DNA of 64,000 bases from Abditibacterium sp. (lineage in GTDB: Bacteria > Armatimonadota > Abditibacteriia > Abditibacteriales > Abditibacteriaceae), in assembly GCA_965199495.1 (NCBI GenBank), contig CBDASK010000003.1, positions 2,624,001 through 2,688,000 of the forward strand, given 5' to 3'. Of this stretch, positions 59,761 to 64,000 are shown one piece after another (within the stretch, counting starts at the first letter, position 1; each line of letters begins with the position of its first letter). The notes under the pieces are model-generated. The model saw only the letters and a program-made list of their open reading frames with translations. It was not told the origin of the DNA and ran no database searches. The translations under genes and the position numbers were made by a program.

Positions 59761-60906
59761 TCACCTTAAATTTGCGGAAATCAACCCCGTAAAGCCGGTC
59801 TGGGTTTCGCGCCCAAAAAATTGGCGGTCGGCGAAATCGAGCAGGGTGCGCCAATCGTCGTCGTCAAACAAATGTTTGCCTTCGCGAAAGTGTAGGCCGA
59901 TGTGGTCGGGCACGCCCAAAAAATCGAAGGTCGCGCGGCTCGCCCGGAAAGTCTGGTCGGCGGCCTCAACGTTGGAATAAGGATCGTCGAACGCGTTGAG
60001 CAACAGCAGATTGCGCGGCGCAATCAATGCTAACAAATAATTTTGATCGAACGGCAGTTGCGCTTCGCGCCCGGCGAACGATTTCAGGCGCGGCCCAAAC
60101 CAATAATTGAAACGATTTGTCGCCTGTTCCAAACTTTCGCTATGTTTGCCCTGCAAACGAAACGGCGCCGCGCCACCCGTGCCCGATTGCGCGCCGACAG
60201 TTAAAGCGATGCGCCGGTCGTAAGCGCCCGCGACCAGCGCCGCTTTGCCGCCGCGCGAGTGTCCGACGACAATAATTTTATCAGCAGCCACGTCGGGCCG
60301 CGTCGTCAAGTAATCAATGACGCGCGCGTATCCCCATGCCCAACCGCCCAGCGTGCCGCAATCGGTATCGGGATAAATCGTGGTAATGCCGCCCTTGCGC
60401 GAATCGTCGTCGGGCGCGAACGCCGCACGGTCGAAGCGCGCCACGATAGTGCCGCGTTTGCTGATTTCTTCGGGAATTGCGAGCGGCAACGCGTCGCCAG
60501 TGAGAACCACCGGAAACGCGCCGGTTTGGTTTTTCGGAATCCGCAAATCGAGCGCGAATTGAATCGCGTTACCGGCGCCGCAGCTTAAAGTTATGCGTTG
60601 GCAATGCGCGCCATTTTCGTCGGGCAAATCTTCGGTTTTGATGACGCGCACGTTTGCGGCGGGCGGCAGATGGCCGTATTCATAAAACGCCAAAATCGTC
60701 TTGATTTCGTCGCGGCGCGTGGCCCATTGGCCCGGCGTGGCTACACGCTGGCCGTTGGGCAAAACGAACGGATCGGGCAACGTCTCGATATTCGGAATCA
60801 TGGGAGCGTTGGCTGTGGCTTGCTGAGCTTTCGATAGCGAACATCCGAAAATCGCCATCGAAAGTAGCGCGCCAAAAGCGAGAATAGGAGCCTCATAAAT
60901 CCGCAT
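59761..60906 (-). CDS. CE15/glucuronoyl-esterase-like hydrolase, possible lipoprotein
   Basis: W..RR.EI...EYG, WAWG..R..DYL, GHSRGGK, LPFDQ..L.ALIAPR. Confidence 0.85.
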   Translation of the reverse strand: MRIYEAPILAFGALLSMAIFGCSLSKAQQATANAPMIPNIETLPDPFVLPNGQRVATPGQWATRRDEIKTILAFYEYGHLPPAANVRVIKTEDLPDENGAHCQRITLSCGAGNAIQFALDLRIPKNQTGAFPVVLTGDALPLAIPEEISKRGTIVARFDRAAFAPDDDSRKGGITTIYPDTDCGTLGGWAWGYARVIDYLTTRPDVAADKIIVVGHSRGGKAALVAGAYDRRIALTVGAQSGTGGAAPFRLQGKHSESLEQATNRFNYWFGPRLKSFAGREAQLPFDQNYLLALIAPRNLLLLNAFDDPYSNVEAADQTFRASRATFDFLGVPDHIGLHFREGKHLFDDDDWRTLLDFADRQFFGRETQTGFTGLISANLR

Positions 60907-60918
60907 TGGGAATTGATT

Positions 60919-61350
60919 TTATTTGCTCGCGCCCGCGACGGCGATAACGAGCGCGCCAATCGTCATTAAACTCGCGCCGAAAATCGTTGGGCCGTTGACC
61001 TTATCTTGCAGAAATAAGACGGCGAACACAATCGCGAATACCAACGACAACCGGTCAACTGGCGCCACGCGCGAAACGTCGCCCGCTTTAATGGCGGCGA
61101 AATAAGCCAGATAAGCGCACGTCGTAATCACGCCCGATAAAATCAGCCAGCCCCACGCTTTGGGTTCGATTTCCGAAAGTTGTCGGCTTTTGCCACTCAC
61201 GCCAACGTAACCCCAGGTCAAAAGCAGAATAACCACCGATTGAATGGCGAAACCGACGTTGGAATCGACGTTTTTAAGTCCGATCTTAGAAACAGTAGCC
61301 GTCACTCCAGCGAAGAAAGCCGAGAGCAGAGAAAGGATAATCCAATTCAT
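60919..61350 (-). CDS. Single-domain EamA family transporter
   Basis: SA.FAG.....K.GL..VDS, YF.A...G.VS.VAPVD.LS. Confidence 0.88.
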   Translation of the reverse strand: MNWIILSLLSAFFAGVTATVSKIGLKNVDSNVGFAIQSVVILLLTWGYVGVSGKSRQLSEIEPKAWGWLILSGVITTCAYLAYFAAIKAGDVSRVAPVDRLSLVFAIVFAVLFLQDKVNGPTIFGASLMTIGALVIAVAGASK

Positions 61351-61461
61351 TTTGGCAACTTACGGCAAATTTGGGAGCGAATTTGATGAGTTGACACAAA
61401 ACGCCACGTTGTTTAAATAAAAGTGTATTGCGGTATGATTTCTGCCAATAAACCGGGCGTT

Positions 61462-61704
61462 ATGAATCCCGATCCGACCAAAGCAACCAACACGCAAGAT
61501 ACCGGCACCGACGGCCTGAAATTCGATTTGCCGCCCGGTCAAACGCCCGGCGAAGGTCTGGGCACCGGCCAAACCGGCATGAAAAATTTCAACGCCGACG
61601 AGCCAAAGAAAGAAGCCGACGAGTCCGACTGGAACGCAGCCACGGGCGACGGACAAAAGAGCGAAGAAGTCTCAACGCGCGATCAAGACAACTCGACGGT
61701 TTAA
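61462..61704 (+). CDS. Small acidic, low-complexity hypothetical protein (80 aa)
   Basis: Host-like codons; followed by a strong terminator. Confidence 0.6.
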   Translation: MNPDPTKATNTQDTGTDGLKFDLPPGQTPGEGLGTGQTGMKNFNADEPKKEADESDWNAATGDGQKSEEVSTRDQDNSTV

Positions 61705-61707
61705 AGG

Positions 61708-61746
61708 AAAAAGCGCGGATGCCGTGAAAAGCATCCGCGCTTTTTT
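61708..61746. terminator. Bidirectional intrinsic terminator
   Basis: AAAAAGCGCGGATGC-N8-GCATCCGCGCTTTTTT. Confidence 0.85.
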
Positions 61747-61770
61747 GTGTGAATCTCAATCGAGAACCAT

Positions 61771-61788
61771 TGGTGGAGAACGGCGGAC
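61771..61788 (-). other. Possible tRNA-Ala/tmRNA 3'-end fragment (att-like scar)
   Basis: Minus strand GT-CCGCC-GTTCTCC-A-CCA. Confidence 0.35.
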
Positions 61789-61846
61789 AACAAAGCAACA
61801 TCAGTCTTCCTTAGCCGCAACACTTCGAAAATATGCGAACGAAATT

Positions 61847-62344
61847 TCAGTTTGGCTCAAACGGCGCAAAATTCGGCTCCCAAGTGGCGATTTGGGCCAG
61901 AGATTCCTTCAATCGGCTGAAGAGTTTGCGATCTTTCTTGAGGATAAGTTCAGGTTTCGTGTAAATTAAAGCGTGAGCCGCGTTAGGCGGAATTCTTTTC
62001 AGAAGTGGATCGGCTCTGACATCAACGACGCGAATATCAGCGGCCTGTCCATCACTTATTCTCGTTACCGTTCCAATGGCACGCACGGCACGCGTTTGCA
62101 AACAGCAAATATAATCAGTCGTTTCGACTTGTGAGTGCGAGGCATCGTGAGCGCACTTACTCGCGCGGTCAACAGAAATTTGGTAGCTTGGATCTAAAAA
62201 AGCATCGGTCGTGGTTTTGAGTTGACCATCGCGCCATTCAATCCGTTTCAAACCATGCTTCACAGCACGATAAAGTAATTCGTCGTCGCCGACGTTTCCC
62301 TCATCAGTATGGGATTCATCCCCAGAAATCGCTGCTTTGCCCAT
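61847..62344 (-). CDS. Hypothetical protein, putative ADP-ribosyltransferase-fold toxin
   Basis: DDELLYR ... AF ... ISVDR ... DP ... NAAHALI pattern; last gene of the three-gene module. Confidence 0.6.
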   Translation of the reverse strand: MGKAAISGDESHTDEGNVGDDELLYRAVKHGLKRIEWRDGQLKTTTDAFLDPSYQISVDRASKCAHDASHSQVETTDYICCLQTRAVRAIGTVTRISDGQAADIRVVDVRADPLLKRIPPNAAHALIYTKPELILKKDRKLFSRLKESLAQIATWEPNFAPFEPN

Positions 62345-62375
62345 AGATAATAAACCTTCCGTTACTCAGGCGCTT

Positions 62376-62876
62376 TTATATGTGTAACCAATTCCACAAC
62401 AAGCGGACTTGATTGGTGTTTTCAATATCTCCGTCTTCCATTTCATCAATGAGATGTGGCCCCCAAACTTTGAGGTATTCAACAGCTTCGGGCGTGATAT
62501 AAAGCGTAAGTTTGTGCGTGCCCTGCCACCATTCGAGCGAAACATTGCCTTCTTCGTCGGAAGAAATATAAGGTTGGCGCCATTCATACCGCGTGGAATC
62601 CACCGTCGCAAACATTTGGGGAATCCAACGAATGGCCGCATCAATGGCATCGCCATTGGGAGCGGGTGCATTATGCCCATCCCATCCGGTTTGTCTTGCG
62701 CGCAAGTCGCGAATTTTGCGCAAAGTCGCCAGCAACGCACTCTGAAAATTACGTTGAATTGTCGCCGGTGTTTGCGGCTGGTAAGCGTAATTCTCCTGGC
62801 GGATGTTATAGCTAATGCGCGCGGGCGTCTGTTTGCGCGCGGGTTCTGGCGGCGTGGCTACAAATGATAAAAGCAT
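62376..62876 (-). CDS. Conserved hypothetical protein (GWDG...P.....G.V.LEW type), putative antitoxin
   Basis: TAATG overlap with the upstream gene. Confidence 0.7.
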   Translation of the reverse strand: MLLSFVATPPEPARKQTPARISYNIRQENYAYQPQTPATIQRNFQSALLATLRKIRDLRARQTGWDGHNAPAPNGDAIDAAIRWIPQMFATVDSTRYEWRQPYISSDEEGNVSLEWWQGTHKLTLYITPEAVEYLKVWGPHLIDEMEDGDIENTNQVRLLWNWLHI

Positions 62877-63640
62877 TAGCGGATGATCTCCCTGAGTTTT
62901 TCGGTGATGCTGCTTTCAAAAAGCAGATTCTTACGGACGCGCAACGCCTCCAGATACTCCCACATTTGCTCTTCTTGGCCGGATGGCCAGGGAGAAGCAG
63001 AGCGATCTTGCGATAAGTCGAAATCCAGAATAATTGAAGCCTCATTCTCGCTGGTTGGCGGAGATGCTGCTGTGTTGACAATCAAATCGCATTCCAAATC
63101 GGTTTGCCGCAGTTGCAACTGCATAAAGTAACCGTTCATTGCGCTGGTTGAAGCGTCGAAGGCGGCTCTTGGCATAATTTTCAGATAATCGTCGAGAACG
63201 ATATCTTTATGAAAGTCCATTGGCGTCGCGATTTGGTTGATGTAGCGCAGAGCCACGCGCGTCACGCCTTCAAAAGGGTAGAGCGCGCGGTAGTCGTTCC
63301 AAACGCGACGGGCTTCATCGCGGAACTGCGACCATCGTCCATAAGGCGCGCGCCGACTGAAAGTGAACCCGTCCAGACGCGCCTGAAAACGTTGATGCTC
63401 GTCTTTTTGAGTGAAGACGCAACCGGTGAAATCCTGATGATGCAGAATTTCGAGTTCGTCGCCCAATTCCCCCGCTTCAACGTCGAGTTGAAAACTAAAA
63501 GGTTTGACAATAGTTGATTCTCCTAACGCTTCGCTTAGAGAGTGAAACTTTTCTATGTCGAAATCATTCACGGGAGTTACACGCAAATCTATAACAGCCT
63601 CAATAATGGGCGCTTTGGTGTAGTGAAGTTCGGTGGACAT
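62876..63640 (-). CDS. TIGR04255-type sporadically distributed protein
   Basis: APIIEAVIDLR, PY.RW..F, RVALRYINQI, ILDFD, L..LR..KN..FE..IT. Confidence 0.8.
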   Translation of the reverse strand: MSTELHYTKAPIIEAVIDLRVTPVNDFDIEKFHSLSEALGESTIVKPFSFQLDVEAGELGDELEILHHQDFTGCVFTQKDEHQRFQARLDGFTFSRRAPYGRWSQFRDEARRVWNDYRALYPFEGVTRVALRYINQIATPMDFHKDIVLDDYLKIMPRAAFDASTSAMNGYFMQLQLRQTDLECDLIVNTAASPPTSENEASIILDFDLSQDRSASPWPSGQEEQMWEYLEALRVRKNLLFESSITEKLREIIR

Positions 63641-63926
63641 TGAAGAAATCGCGTGTCTTTAAAAATGCCAGTTCTCTCAGCAAATTCTGTCAACATTTCT
63701 GCCCTATGGAGAAACGGACGCGCTTCATGTCAATTTGACCTATCTTCGCGATTAGAGTTGTCTATTCGGGCGAGGACGCACTTGATAGCATAAAGCATGA
63801 CGCGAAAAGTCGCAATCGCGAATTCGTTCTTTTCGCCCTTCACGGGGTGAAAGTTTGCCCTAATTCGGCGCATCTGTTAAAATGAAAAGGCAAAATCTAA
63901 AGGAAAAACAACCGCAAGAGAAAATC

Positions 63927-64000
63927 ATGACAGTAGCTGAATTCGACAAAGGCGCAATCATGCGCGAACACCAGAAGCACGAAGGCGACACCGGCTCGCC
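63927..64000 (+). CDS. rpsO: 30S ribosomal protein S15, truncated by window edge
   Basis: MTVAEFDKGAIMREHQKHEGDTGS(P): the H..DTGS motif of S15; not in the ORF track. Confidence 0.85.
   Translation, partial: MTVAEFDKGAIMREHQKHEGDTGS

Noticed and set aside
63641..63926. Intact tRNA partner for the putative att fragment
   Set aside because: No cloverleaf or matching CCA end found on either strand

Overview
GC-rich (roughly 57% by eye) chromosomal window from a diderm bacterium. The lptA-lptB-lptF/G-DUF3084-ruvX block, hspR and the LacI/carbohydrate-esterase locus suggest an Armatimonadota/Abditibacteriota-like host (inference only). It is mostly housekeeping and envelope genes: dnaK-dnaJ-hspR, acs, lpt genes, pepA, LPS glycosyltransferases, def-fmt-rsmB, recQ and the start of rpsO. 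I found no intact tRNA, rRNA, CRISPR array, integrase or transposase. Four things stand out. (1) A non-palindromic word, GSCGTGGCTRYW (core CGTGGCT), occurs about once per kb on both strands and in several reading frames, as DNA-uptake sequences do. (2) A lower-GC three-gene module next to rpsO (TIGR04255-type protein, conserved small protein, putative ADP-ribosyltransferase-fold protein) looks like an uncharacterised toxin-antitoxin-chaperone/anti-phage system; a tRNA-Ala/tmRNA-like 3' fragment lies downstream. (3) Twelve long intergenic palindromes from about seven families show mirrored substitutions and nesting. (4) A divergent sigma-54 is present, and the dnaK promoter combines an ECF-type promoter, a HAIR operator and a -24/-12-like site. 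All counts are manual and all protein calls come from motif recognition, not database searches.
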